In this document: positions 11,589 to 25,298 of the stretch, one piece after another
Numbering within the stretch: the stretch's first letter is position 1
Layout: each line of letters starts with the position of its first letter
Origin: Felis catus
Lineage: Eukaryota
Length of the DNA: 64,000 nucleotides
NCBI RefSeq assembly: GCF_018350175.1
Contig: NC_058379.1
Span: 27,714,001-27,778,000 of the forward strand
Direction: 5' to 3'
Translations under genes and position numbers: made by a program
The notes under the pieces: model-generated
Databases searched by the model: none
What the model was told of the DNA's origin: nothing
The model's input: only the letters and a program-made list of their open reading frames with translations

Positions 11589-14500
11589 AAGAATGCATGC
11601 TTTCCCCCAGCCTTGCCCTGTCCCACCCACAGTGCCATGTCTGTCCCCTGCTCCCTCAAGTCTATGGTCCATTAGCACCCAGCACGGGGTTGGGCACAGA
11701 GCACTCACTATGCTCAGGTGTCTGGTGCTGGCCTAGGAAGGTCACAGCCAAGCCAGCCCTGCCCTGATCTTCTTTATAGTCTTTTCTACAGACGCAAATA
11801 CTTGCTGACCAAGACCTTCCCAGATGAACTGGGCCAGTCCTCAGTCCTGCTAAGTTAGCCCCCCACCATGCCATATTGGGGTTGCATGGCACCCCCCCCC
11901 CAGAGGTGGCCCCTCAGGTCTCTTCCCAGTTCCAGGGGTCTCTGCATCTCTGAGGCTCTGTAAAGGCAGGACTGTACTTCCATCCCTATTTATGCTGCAT
12001 AAGGATTCAAGATAGATATACTGCACTCTCTTCTCCCCAGGGGCCAGGCCTGAGGGGCATGAGCAGTAGGATCCTGCACCTTCCAGAGGAGCCAAGAGTT
12101 ACACACAGCTGGGAAGCAAGGACACTAGGCATGCTAGAGCTCTAGCCAGCCCCTAGCATCTGCCCTGTGACCTGGCCTAGCCTCAGCAGTGGGAGGGAGT
12201 GGGGGTCAAGCTTGTCTTGGAGGCAAGCCCTGAGGACTGCCAGGGGGGCCAAAAGGGGTTCTGGGAACTTCTCAGTGGCGGCTCAAGTCAGGGGAAGGCA
12301 TCTGTTTTATTGACATCAGCCTCCATCAAGACCATGATGCTGTTTTTGGGCTGCTCAGCAGAAGACCCAGAATCAGGGAATAAACAGAGGGAACATGGGG
12401 TCAGGGATCCCATATTGGGCTTTCCTGACTGGGACAGCTGCACATCTCAGCTTATTTCACAGGTCAGGCCCTGAGCTGATGGACACCTATTTCATTCATC
12501 CACATCTTTCCCTCCTCCTTTCCCCTACTGTGTGTCAGGCACAGGCCCTTCCCACTGCTTCAGTGGATCCTGAAGAGCCAACAGCCTCTAGCAAAGCCAC
12601 AACTAGCTGAATACGGCCACCAGAGGGCACCAGGGACCACCATGGCAGGCAAGACTGGCTCCACCCAGCCTCCCTCTGTGCTGGGACCCCTCCCTGAGGC
12701 ACCTGGTAGGGCCAGAGCTCTGCTTTCTCCAGTCTGCCTGTCCAGGATACAAGCTGGAGAGGAGCAAGGATCCCTGAGGTGAGGCCCCTCAGTAACCACC
12801 AGAGCCCCCCATCACCTTTGGTGCAGGCAAGAGGAGATGCAGGGACTGAATGGGGCTTGGGCAAGGACAACGAAAGGCCCTGAGTGAGGCCTTCTTCAGG
12901 CCTGTGCCCCAAGGGCCTCCTTAGCTGACCCTGCCACCACCCAGGTGAGGATTCTGAGCCAGCCAGTCAGGATGAGGCTGCACTTCTTCTGTTCATTTGT
13001 GAAAGAAGGTGCAACAGAAGTGGGTGCCTTTTCACATTGTATCCAAAGTGGCCAGGGGCCTGGAAGAGCACATTGGGATTTCTTATGGTGGAGGAGGGCA
13101 TGAGGCTTGAGTGCAGAGCAGGTTCCTAGGCAGACCTGCCTGACCCCCCACGCGGGTTCCTCAGCACCTGCCACAGCCCTGAGTTGCCTGCCCCACCCAC
13201 CCAGCCTGGGCCCTGTCTCTCCTCTGGATTCCATTTGTGCTCATGGAGCTGCCTCATGCTACGGACACACGACAAGTCCATGGCTTTGCAGGACTGGCTG
13301 CTTGGCAGCCCCTTGTGTCCTGGGCTCTTGCCCCCACCTGAGATGCAGCAGACCTTCCCAAGACTGGGGGCAGACTGGACAGATTTCTGGGGCACCCAGT
13401 GTGAGGAGGCCCATGGCAAAAGGAGGCCCAGGTTACTATAGGCAGATGGAACTGCTCCATTTCTCAGGACCCTCCCCATTTGAGGATGGAGCCCGATAAG
13501 GGGCAGGTTTGGTGGCCCCCTCAGCCCCCAGGCTCCCTTATTCAGGTGTCCTTGGCCAGATGAGTGACCCCAAAGCCTGCAAGTCAGCCCTGAGAGGGCT
13601 CAAGAAAGGATTCTCAAGACAGGTACCCCCTGCGCTCTCATCACAAATCCCATCACTGATTCTATTTTCATATGTCACATATGTCCACTCCCTCAGGGCT
13701 CTGCCCTGCCCCCACCTATGTAGTGTCCTGTGACAGGGGCACCCCAGGGACCTGGGGCCTTCCAAAGCTGCCACCACTCTACATCCTCCAGACCCTCCCA
13801 TTCCCCCTACCCTCCTGCAGGAAACCTTTAGTGCCCTCTCCCCAACAGCAGCCCTGCAAATGCCCTCCCCTACCCCCCACTGGTGTCTAATACTGGCTCT
13901 CCTCTGTATTTATGGAGCTCTGAGCCTGGCCAGAGCCCCACAGGAGGGAACATGCTCTTCTTGTAGCCAAATATCCCCCGCTGATGTGGGGGTGCAGGGA
14001 GTAGGAAGACCTGAGTTCAAATCCTGGACCGAGTTTCCCCATCTGTAAAATGGGGTGTTGGGCCAATCCAGGGCACTTGGCAACAGTAAGATGAGGCATA
14101 AAAATTAAAAAAAAAAAAAAAGAGTAAGATGAGGCACTTGGCAGCACCTCGTGAAGCTTTGCACAAGGCCAGCACTGAACAAGAGGCCAGGCCGGCAGTT
14201 ATCAGGACTAGGGAAGGCATGTGGTGCTCTGTGGGACAAAACCTATATAAACATTTAAACCAAAAGCAGAAGTGTCCCAGAAATGTCACACTCCAAGCAA
14301 AGCTGCTCCCTGAGCCTCGGACCTCAGGGTAGGAACAGTAGCTCCTCTGCTGCAGGCAGGGCGGATGCAGCAGGGGGGCAGGCTCCCTCCCAGATTGCCC
14401 TTCCAGGCACACACAAGAGTGAGTGTGCACAGATACAGGCGTACGTGCAAACATGCCTGGCTCCCTGGCTCAGGCCACCGTTCTTCCTGCCTCTGAACCG

Positions 14501-14742
14501 ATGCATCCTGTTCCTCCATTGATCCCACTGTGACTCAGAACCCCTCCTCATGATGAAGGGGCTACTGTGAGGCAGGGACACCCACTCGCAGGGCCCCCAA
14601 ATAGGCCATGTCCACAAGAGGAAATTAGAGGCTCGGAACAATCTGGAAAACACTGTAGAGCCCAGGGGAGAGAGCTTCTATCACCCCTGACCCCCCCAGG
14701 GATGACTTTCTCAGACCTCCGCTCCTCTCTGTGCCACCCTGG

Positions 14743-14873
14743 TTTTGGTTTTTGGTTTTTGTTTTAAAGATTTGGGTTTTGTTTTAAAACCCTACAATCA
14801 GCGTAGGGCTCAAACTTAGCAACCCCAAGATTCAGAGTTGCATGCTCTACCAACTGAGCCAGCCAGGTGCCCC
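14743..14873 (-). mobile_element. Short carnivore tRNA-SINE
   Basis: ...CAACTGAGCCAGCCAGGTGCCCC end, T-rich tail, flanked by the direct repeat CCACCCTG. Confidence 0.8.
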
Positions 14874-15199
14874 TCCACCCTGTTTTTTCATTTTTATAAC
14901 ACACTCTCTGGCATCGTCCCCAGGCCTAGATAAAATGACAGGGAATGTGTCTCCTGAGTCATGAGCTGAGACAGGAAGCCCACGGGGCTACAGCTCCTGC
15001 ATGTGAGGTACTCCTAGCTATAGCTCTGGCCCCTGGGTCCTGGGATCTTGAAGTTAGGCTGCCTTTCTCACAGGGACATGAGTTCTGGGCTGGCCCCAAG
15101 GAGCATCAGGAGAGGCAGGTGGCCTGCTACACAGGGCAGGAGTGGGGTCCAGGTGGGGAGAGCAGGACTAGGCGGGTGTTGGGTTCGACTCGGTAGGGC

Positions 15200-16780
15200 C
15201 AGTGAGATCCTGGTGCAGAAGTTCTCCTTGCTGTGCTGTTTATCACAACAAGACACACCCAGCTTTCTGGAATGGGGAAGACGTTATTATCATTCTAGAG
15301 CTGAACAATCAGTGTTGAAGGAGCTAGTCAACAGCATTAGAAATATTTACAAGGGACCGTGGTAGCGGTAATCCAGGTGAGTGGGGATAAGAGAATGTGC
15401 ATGAACGTGTGGGTACACATCAGGAGCGCCACAGGATGACCTCGGGGTCAGGGATGACAGTGCCCCCACCAGGGGTCTGGCTTCATCTAGAAGGGACTTA
15501 GCCCAACAGGTTGGCTTCACAAGGTATCCTCTGGTTTTCCTGCAGGATCTGGAGACATCAGGATGGATGTTGGGACATGCTAATCTCCCCTCCAGATAGG
15601 TAAGCAACCAAGGCTTGGCCTGGGGACATCCCCCTCTTCGCATAGGACAGCAGAGTGTCCTAGTGGGCCTGGCAGGTGTGGTTGACTGAGGGATGGACTA
15701 TGACCCAGGGTGGTGTATTCTTCTGGTCAGCCTCACTTGGGTGGGCACAGCCCCAACGCTAGACAGGGGTGGGCATGGGGGCCTCCCAGTGCTTGGACTC
15801 ATGGATGGCCTGAGTGTGGTCAGCAGCCACCAGGTTGATATTTGGCTTGAGGGGTGAGCCTGCAGTGGGGTGGACCAACCAGGACATTGGCTGGATCTGA
15901 TCCTCACTTACCTTGACTTGGATGCCTGCTATAGCCATGTCTGGTATCAGCATAGCCCAACAGGCTTGGCTCTTAGCTCAGGTGGTCCCTGCTGCCCAGG
16001 GGAGACTAGAGCTACCAGCTGGGGACAGGCCATCACATGCTGGCCCGTGTCCTTGGATGTTACCTGTGTTTGTGGGTTCATCTGGTAGTCACTCCTCCAG
16101 CAAGACTAGGGTATGGTGCTTGGGAAGTATGGCAGAGTTGGGAGGCTGTGTGGTCCCTGTGTCCCCCAGGTCCTTCTGAATGGTGGGAAGGTATGTCCTG
16201 TTTGAACCCTGGTCTTTCAGGGTTTGCTGTGGTGGCTGTATTTACAGAGATGCCTCATAAAAATGCCTCTGGTCACTCTTGTTCCACCAGTATGGGTGCC
16301 CAGTCCCCAGCCTGGGCATCTGCTCCTGCCCCACTGGGTGATGTCTCCATGGGAGGCTTGGTCAACCCAGTCCTGTGAATTCTCAGTGGTACTGTGTATC
16401 CAGCGGGGACAGCCTGGCCCAGCCAGTGACATACTCAAGTGGTGGGGAGAAGGCAGAGGCGACAAACTTGGGAGACCCCAGGCCTCTAGACACCTCAGTG
16501 TTCTATGCCAAGGGCTATAGAACAGGGAGGGACAGGGCCTGGCTCCTTCTTCCTTGTTCCACGTGACCGTGGGTGTGGGAAGCTGCCATTTGGTGGTGTA
16601 CCACCTGGGCAGATCAAGGTCAGGCCAGGCATCTCAGTCGTGGGCTGTTGGGCCACATGGGGACCTCTGGATTGGGATGAAGAGGCCCAGGCTGCATCCT
16701 GGGCTCAGAACCTGGCATTGCTTTGTGGCATGAGTGACATGGTTTCTAGGGGCAAGGTTGGCAGGGGGCTGGCCCCTGCC
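15200..16780 (-). mobile_element. Probable highly decayed ERV (ERVL-like) pol/integrase remnant
   Basis: Colinear weak motifs on the - strand: WYT..GS-like (~16590), EQ/SGH-like (~16275), STWWL (vs ATWWQVD; ~15825) and HVHAH..DYRYH (~15360-15415). Similarity judged by eye only. Confidence 0.4.
15546..15599 (+). other. ARVCF: ARVCF non-coding exon 2 (54 nt, 5'UTR)
   Basis: Acceptor ctctggttttcctgcAG| and strong donor AG|GTAAGC. The 54-nt size and position ~5.5 kb after exon 1 agree with my recollection of human ARVCF exon 2. Confidence 0.7.
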
Positions 16781-19700
16781 CCCCTTAACTCCTGGTAGGC
16801 CACCAGGCCTCAGGTCTGCAGACCAGCCAAACACCAAATGATAGCTCTGGTCACAGGGTCTCCCTTATCCTGCCTGCTGCTTTTGCCCGCTTTCCTAGCA
16901 CTGCTTGCTTGTTTTCTGTCCCTGTGTATCCCTGCCACCTCCTCCTGGTCTTCTCCCAGTTTTTCTCTTGTCTTCTCTGTGCTTCTCTCTGCCTTTTCCT
17001 CTCTTTTGTTTCTGTCCTGCTCTTCTCGAATGTGGTGATTGATTATTCTTATCTGCCATAGTAATTGATTAGTCATGTCTGCCATGGGCACTGGAGGGAT
17101 AGTAGTGGCGTTCGTGCCATCTCTGCTCTGGGCTGAAACCGTTTCACAAACTGGGAAGCAGAACCTGGGCCCTGGCTAGGGGCTCCCTGTTCTGTAGGCC
17201 CTGGGGTGCAGCCCTGCCCACATCAAAAGGGAGATAGGGATGGGGAGGCCTTGGGACTAAATTGAGACAGCAATCGATGGCAAGCACCCATGTATCTCCC
17301 ATACTCGCCTTCAGCCATTCAGCACCCCTGTGCTGAGCTCTATATCAGACACTGGGTTTTGTGACCACATCAGGCACAGACATGCCCCTGGGAAGCCCCC
17401 AGCCTGGCTGAGGAGGCAGCTACAGAGAAAGTGACCACCTGTAGAATTGCCAGGTAGTGAAGAGAGTAGCAGGGCTCCCCGAGAAGGGGGAGCCAGAAGG
17501 CAGTAAGGGAGTGATGCTGATACCTGGGGTACATGGGTGCCCTCCATTGCAGCCATGCCAGCACCAATACCACCTCTGGGAAACCACCCCCAGCCTGGCC
17601 TTGCCCCTCAGTGACCTTGTCATTGGCCTCCACGCAGCTGTGCTGAGCATGGCTATGCTCCTGTGACCACCTGCCCCATGCTGGGGTTTTTTGGCGTTTT
17701 GATGTGTATCTCAGCCATTGATAGGAGTCTTTATTATTAAAGTATGAATTCATCCCTCATCTGTTGGCCTACTGCACATTCTTTCTCCATCTTTCAATTT
17801 TTGATTAGGACAGTTTTTCATCTTCAGAGATCTTTCATATTTTGTGGTGAAATCCATTGAATGTTTTCCCTTTTCAGTTATCCCATTGTCCTTCCTGAGC
17901 ACCTAATGAGGTAAATACACCCTTATCTTACCCTGAGGTAGTTTAACATCTTACACTCAAGATTTCATTCATCTAGAATTTATTTTGATAGAAATAGAAA
18001 GTGAGGATTTAACTTTGTTTTTCACTTGTATCTGAACCATTTCTTGGCTAACATTTTTTTGTCACTGGAAATTGGAAGCATCGTGTAATGTGTTCAGGTT
18101 TACGGTGTCTGTGGTAAGCTCCCAGCCCTTAGCCGACACCCACTGCCTAGTTAAAGATTAAGATCAGGCCAGAGCTTCCCCTCAATCAGTCTTCGTCCTC
18201 AAAAGTCATGGTTATTCTGCACGTTTACCCTACATGTGTGTGTTGGAACCACTCTGTCAGGTCCCTCTCCCTGTGACTTCTGTGGGAGTCACCTTAGCCT
18301 GGCACTCTTTGGAGACAGTCGGCCCTCCCTGTGTGTATCTGTGGCATGTCCTACGCTGGTCTCCCCATGGCTCGGAGCCTTTGCAAGAGAGCCTGTCCCT
18401 CCTCTGAGCACTCTTGTTTACTGAGAAGAGGTTCCCGCCCTCGTAGAGCCTTTGCTGGGCCCTTGTTGGTGTGGCTGGAGAGCCTGGTGCAGACCGGCTG
18501 CTGTCTCTCCTTTGTGACTCTCAGCCAGGCATCTGAGGGCCTTTGTGATTAGACTCATGGGTCATATCCAGGTGGGCAAATCCCCAGGGGAGCCCCAGAC
18601 CCCTTCCCACTCCAACAACCCATTCTTCTCAGGCAGGGCAGAAGGAAGAACATTCTATGTGGTGGGACTTGGGTTCATACCCTGGCTCTGCTCACCCTAT
18701 TGGCCTTGTGAAGAACTTGGCACAGCTGGTGGTCTGCTGCAGTTATGGCATGAGCGCTGCGCCAGCTTCTGGCTGTGCCATCCCTCGTACAGGGTGATTC
18801 ACGGCTGGTGGTATGGTCAGTGTGGCAGGGCCAGCCTACTGAGGCCTACATCGCCCAGGCCACCAGGCAAGATGGTGCTGTGCTGGCTCTCCTGGCCAGT
18901 CTCTGCAAGCCCACAGTAGCATTTACCCTGGCCCTGCATTTACCCAGCCCCCCAACCCCCAGCTTATCTCACTCATAGGAAGACTGCCCACTATCAGGTG
19001 GGGAGATAGAAGTACCCCACCCCCATGGCACATCTTGCCAGGTTGATGTTAGCAGTTGATGAGTTTGGTATTTTGAATATGCCTTTAGTTAAACTTTTTC
19101 TTTTCAAAATATTTTCACTCTCTGTGAAATCCTAATTAGGCCATTCATTCGTCTGAATGTACTTGCTGCTCTCTGCATTTTGCAAGATAATGAGGCTGCA
19201 GAGATGCTGCCATCCCATGCTCCCAGGGCCTTCAATTTCTGCCTTGGAGGGAGATGCTGGCACTCCCATGGGCCATTGCTGCCCATGGGATCTGAGCCAC
19301 AGTGCCTAGGGGTGGGGGGCACCAAGTATATAGATGGGGAAAGTGAGGCCTGGGCCACTGAGGAGTCTGGGATGGTGTAGATAAAGGGGTCTCAGCCCCA
19401 GCAAGGCCCACCCTTCACAAAACAGCATCTTTCTTCACCTCCCACACCCCAGGCCCAAGATCAAGGCCAAGGGAGGTGCCTCCTGGATCCTGCTGGCCCA
19501 GGCTCCCTTGGGTGTGCCTGAAGGGCTGGGAGAGGCCACAAGACTGAACCACAGAAGCCAAATGACTATGGCACCAAAGTTCCCCATTTTGCTCCCTGCC
19601 CCCTCAATGGGCACAGACTATCAGCCTCACCTGCCATCTGTCCAAGGTTAGTGGCAGGCTCATTGTCACCCAGGGTGGCAGGTGATCTGTCCAGAGTCCC

Positions 19701-21208
19701 AGGGTGGGCAGGCCATGGCTAGGACCACAACTGAGGCAGGGACTTGTGTGGGACCAAAACCATCTTCTCTTTTAGGCCTCCCAGCAAGGGGGTGGGGGAT
19801 TATGATGGGGAAACTGAGGCTCAGCAAGCAGAGCTGGGCTTTGCTCCCAGGCCTGCTCCAGGCAAGCGCATCCTCCCCTTTCCAGTCTTCTTGGTGACAG
19901 TTCTCTGGCATTTGCCTATCTGTAGGGAGCTATTGGTTATAATGAGACTATCTCAGTATTTGTATTTGAAGAAATAATTCCAGACGTTTATTTGCCAAAC
20001 CTTTGAAACAAGGGCATTGGTTAATTTTTAATTAAGCCTTTCTGCTTGCAGGCTCTTGTCTTTATGGGGCCAATACATCCAGAGTTGTAGTGTTGCCAGG
20101 GGTGGGGGTGGGCGATTCCCCAGGGGCATGGTACAGGGAAGGCGGCCATCTGTAACAGGCAGAAGCCTCGTGCCCTGTGGGAAGCCTGGGCCTAGCATGC
20201 AGGCAGGCACGTCCCCCTTGCTCATGGAGCCCCTTCCATGACTCCAGCTGTCCTGCTCTGCTTGCTTAGAGCAACCCCCACAGTCGATGAGCAGGAGGAG
20301 TGAACCTCAGACAAGACCCCTGGTCTGAGAACAGCTGCCTTGGGTGGGAGGAGGGGGCTGGGTGAGAGTGGAGGAGTGTCAGCTATCCCTTCCTTGAAGC
20401 TGGTTGGGAGGCAGGGAAAGCTTTTGAGCTGGGCCTGGTTTTCTTATTGACTCCTTCAGCAAATATTTGTCTGGTTTCTCCCTCACATGAGATCCCCCTG
20501 TTGCCTTCAGGATAAAAGCCATACCTGGTCCCTGTGACAGCAGCAGCCCTGCTTCTTGCCACACCCACCTCCAGACTCAGCAGGGTCTGCCTGAGTGAAG
20601 GTCTATGTAGACTCACTCTCTGCATCATTCTAGATGTAGAGATGCCCTCAGCAAGGCAGCATTCTCTTGAGCCTTCAAGGGCCTGAGGCAGTCCTTCTCC
20701 TGACATTTCTCCAGTTTCTTGCAAAAATTGGCCTCAGCATAGAGCACATGCTGTGATTCCTCAGTACAGCCCCTGCATGGAGCCACAGTACTCTGTTGGT
20801 GTGGATACTGTTTTCCAGCCGCTCATCCTTGCTTCCTTCTTGCAACAGAAACCTGCTGCTTGCCAGGTGCCATGGTGGCTGCCAGTCTGCTCTGGCCTGT
20901 AATCCAGCAGAGGCCAAGGTGGTCTGTGTCCCCACTGCCCACCCCCTCACCTTTGGTACCATTTGTGGCAGCAGGGGAAGGTTTAGATTTATTGTGTCTG
21001 TTTTGTGTGTGCACGGGCCTAAGAGCTGGTGACAGAACTTTACAGTGTGATCCTAGGCTTACAGGTTAATTTTCTGTATCTTCTTTAGGTCCTGTTCTCT
21101 CTGAACTCTATACATTAGAGATTTCTGTTTCTGGCATGTAAAAGGTGGTCAGAGTTGCATTGGTCTTTTCAATGGGAATCTTGGTTTGAGGACTTTATTC
21201 ATATTCCT

Positions 21209-21427
21209 TCTTTTTAAATTTTTAAAAAATTTTTTCAACTTTTTATTTGAGAGAGAGAGAAAGAGAGAGCAAGTGGGGGACAGGGGCAGAGGGAGAGAGA
21301 GAATCTTAAGTAGACTCCACACCCAGCGCAGAGCCCTATGCTGGGCTAGATCCTATGACTGTGAGATCATGACCTAAGCTGAAATCAAGAGTCAGATGTT
21401 TAACCAACTGAGCCACCCAGGCGCCCC
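21209..21427 (-). mobile_element. Can-SINE
   Basis: T-tail, (GA)n, CTGAGCCACCCAGGCGCCCC. Confidence 0.9.
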
Positions 21428-22414
21428 TTCATTCTTTTTTTTTTTTTTTAAACCACATTTGAGTATTCTTTATTTTGGAATCAGTTATGTTGTTGATTCT
21501 CTCTGTTAGAAATTGTCTGGGTATTATACCTGGGGGAGCTTTAGAAATAGGCAGAGAGAAAACTTAGGAAACTTGCTGCAAAGGATGTTTTAGTGTTTCT
21601 TCATTATGCTCTGGTGTACTCGTATTCATAGTCATTCTTTATTGTATTCTAATTAAAGTATTTAAAACTATGAATTTACCTCTGAGTATAGCTTTGGCTA
21701 TTTTTTTCCCAGCTTTGTCAAGATATAATTGGCATATAATATTGTGTAATTTAAGGCATACAGTGTGATGATTTGGTACACATGTGTATTGCAAAATGGT
21801 AAACATTTTGTGGTAAACATAATAAAGTTAGTTGACACATCCTTCATCCCATATAATTACCATTGTTTTGTTGTTATGGTGAGAGCATTAACCAATGACT
21901 TCTCTCATAGCAACTTCTAAGTATACGATACAGTGTTGTTAACTATAGTCACCATGCTGTACATTAGATCCCTGGAACTTACTCATCTTATAACTGAAAG
22001 TGTATAACCTTTGACCTGCATTTCCCCATTTCCTCTACCCCTCAACCCCTGACCACCATCATTCTATAATCCATACATTTTTATGTATAATGTCTGAATA
22101 AGTTTTTCATTGTTTCTAAATAGTCAACTCTATGTATGCTTGAATTTTTATCTTTTATCTATTTATTTAAAAGAATGTTTTGCATATTCTAAGTTATTAC
22201 ACAAGATGGCTCTTTTTAAATGTTTATTTGATAAAATACACACAAAATTGACCATTGTAACTATTCTTAGATGTATTGTTCAGTATCAGTAGGTATATTC
22301 ACATTGTTGTGCAACCAATCTCCAGAACTTTTTTATCTTGCAAAATTCACACTCTGTTTCCATTAATGAACATTGGTGGACCCATTACCTCCTCCCCCTA
22401 GTCCCTGGAACCAC

Positions 22415-24063
22415 NNNNNNNNNNNNNNNNNNNNNNNNNNNNNNNNNNNNNNNNNNNNNNNNNNNNNNNNNNNNNNNNNNNNNNNNNNNNNNNNNNNNNN
22501 NNNNNNNNNNNNNNNNNNNNNNNNNNNNNNNNNNNNNNNNNNNNNNNNNNNNNNNNNNNNNNNNNNNNNNNNNNNNNNNNNNACATTCCATTGATAATAA
22601 TGGTCCATGATCCATTAGTCTGTGTCACATTTTGTTTTTCTATTCATCTATTGGTAGGCNNNNNNNNNNNNNNNNNNNNNNNNNNNNNNNNNNNNNNNNN
22701 NNNNNNNNNNNNNNNNNNNNNNNNNNNNNNNNNNNNNNNNNNNNNNNNNNNNNNNNNNNNNNNNNNNNNNNNNNNNNNNNNNNNNNNNNNNNNNNNNNNN
22801 NNNNNNNNNNNNNNNNNNNNNNNNNNNNNNNNNNATAGTGGCTATGCCATTTTACATCCCACTAACTGTGCAAGAGCTCCAATTTCTCCACATCCTTACC
22901 AAAACTTGTTATTTTGTGTTTTTGAGAGTAGCCATCTATGAGTGTAAGGTGACATTTCACTGTGCTTTTGATTTGCATTTCTCTAACATTAGTAAGATTG
23001 GGCATCTTTTCATATACTTCTTNNNNNNNNNNNNNNNNNNNNNNNNNNNNNNNNNNNNNNNNNNNNNNNNNNNNNNNNNNNNNNNNNNNNNNNNNNNNNN
23101 NNNNNNNNNNNNNNNNNNNNNNNNNNNNNNNNNNNNNNNNNNNNNNNNNNNNNNNNNNNNNNNNNNNNNNNNNNNNNNNNNNNNNNNNNNNNNNNNNNNN
23201 NNNNNNNNNNNNNNNNNNNNNNNNNNNNNNNNNNNNNNNNNNNNNNNNNNNNNNNNNNNNNNNNNNNNNNNNNNNNNNNNNNNNNNNNNNNNNNNNNNNN
23301 NNNNNNNNNNNNNNNNNNNNNNNNNNNNNNNNNNNNNNNNNNNNNNNNNNNNNNNNNNNNNNNNNNNNNNNNNNNNNNNNNNNNNNNNNNNNNNNNNNNN
23401 NNNNNNNNNNNNNNNNNNNNNNNNNNNNNNNNNNNNNNNNNNNNNNNNNNNNNNNNNNNNNNNNNNNNNNNNNNNNNNNNNNNCTGCATCCTTGTAAAAA
23501 TCAGTTGACCATATATATGTGAGGATTTATTTCTTTTCTATTCTACTGGTCTTTGTCTGCCTTCATGCTATGACCACACAGTTTGGTTACTATAGCTTTG
23601 TAATAAATTTTGAAATCAGAAAGTGTGAGACCTCCAACTTTGTTCTTTTTTATGACTATTTTGGCTGTTCATGGCCCTTTGAGATTCCATATGGCTTCTA
23701 GGATGGAGTTTTCTATTTCTGTAAAAAATGCCATTGGGATTTTGATAGGGACAGAATTAAATCTGTAGATTACTTTGGGTGATATTGACATCTTAACAAT
23801 ACCAAGTCATCCATTGCAGAAGCATGAGATATCTTTCCATTTATGTATGTCATCTTTAATTTCTTTCAGGAAGGTTATATACTTTGCAGTGTACAAGTCC
23901 TTCTTCACCTTTGTTAAGTTTATCCCTATGTAGTTTGTTCTTCTTGATGTTATTGTAACTAAAATCATTTTCTGAATTTCCTTTTTAAATTGCTCGTTGT
24001 TAGTGATTTCTGTTTTTTTATTTTGTACCCTATAACTTCACTGAACTTGTTTATCAGTTCTGA

Positions 24064-24098
<35 letters not shown>

Positions 24099-24774
24099 TG
24101 TATAATCTTGAGGATTTTCTACATGAATGATGTTATCTATAAACAGATTATTTCAATTCTTCCTTTCCAATTTCTTTTTCCTGCCTACTGATCTAAGATT
24201 TTTTTCCTCTTTTTTTAAAATTTAATTCATTTTTTAAATTAAAAAAGTTAGTTAGCATACAGTGCAACAATGATTTCAGGAGTAGATTCCTTAATGCCCC
24301 TTATCCATTTAGCCCATCCCCCCTCCCACAACCCCTCCAGTAACCCTCTATTTGTTCTCCATATTTAAGAGTCTCTTATGTTTTTGTCCCCCTCCCTGTT
24401 TTTATTTTTGCTTCTCTTCCCTTAAGTTCATCTGTTTTGTATCTTAAAGCCCTCTTATGAGTGAAGTCATATGATATGTGTCTTTCTCTGACTAATTTCG
24501 CTTAGCATAATACCCTCTAGTTCCATCCACGTAGTTGTGAATGGCAAGATTTCATTCGTTTTGATTGNNNNNNNNNNNNNNNNNNNNNNNNNNNNNNNNN
24601 NNNNNNNNNNNNNNNNNNNNNNNNNNNNNNNNNNNNNNNNNNNNNNNNNNNNNNNNNNNNNNNNNNNNNNNNNNNNNNNNNNNNNNNNNNNNNNNNNNNN
24701 NNNNNNNNNNNNNNNNNNNNNNNNNNNNNNNNNNNNNNNNNNNNNNNNNNNNNNNNNNNNNNNNNNNNNNNNNN
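22415..24774. other. Four assembly gaps: 22415-22582, 22660-22834, 23023-23483, 24568-24774
   Basis: Runs of N, all within the L1 block. Confidence 0.99.
24064..24102. repeat. (GT)n microsatellite
   Basis: Read directly; one interruption. Confidence 0.95.
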
Positions 24775-25298
24775 ACTTTGGCTATTGTGATAGTGCTGCT
24801 ATAAACATTGGAGTGCATGTGCCCCCTCAAAACAGCATACCTGTATCCCTTGGATAAATACCTAGTAGTGCAATTGATGCGTCGTAGGGTAGTTCTTGAT
24901 CCAAGATATTTAATAGAAGACTTGGACAGAAATGACAAAAGCAGCATCCCTGCCTTCTTGATGTTAAGAGAAAAGCTTTAAGTCTTTCATTATTGAGTAT
25001 GATGTAAGCTGTGGTGACAATATGATGTGTAGCATACGTAGTATGATGTAACATTTTATGTATGGCCTTTATCATATGAAGGTAGTTTCTTTCTATTCCA
25101 AGTTTGTTTTGTGTTTATATCATAAAAGAGTGTTGAATTTTGTCTTTTATTCCCCAATGAAATGACCATTTCCCCCCATTATTTTGTTAATATACAGGGT
25201 ATTATGTTGATTGATTTTCATATGGTAAGCCATCCTTGCATTTAGGAATAAATCCTACTTGGTCATGATGTATAATCCTAATATACTTCTGAATTCAT

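Noticed and set aside
16799-16849. Alternative candidate for ARVCF non-coding exon 2
   Set aside because: The donor GTCACA is poor; 15546-15599 has much better splice sites.
22338-24947. ORFs consisting largely of X
   Set aside because: Artefacts of N gaps.
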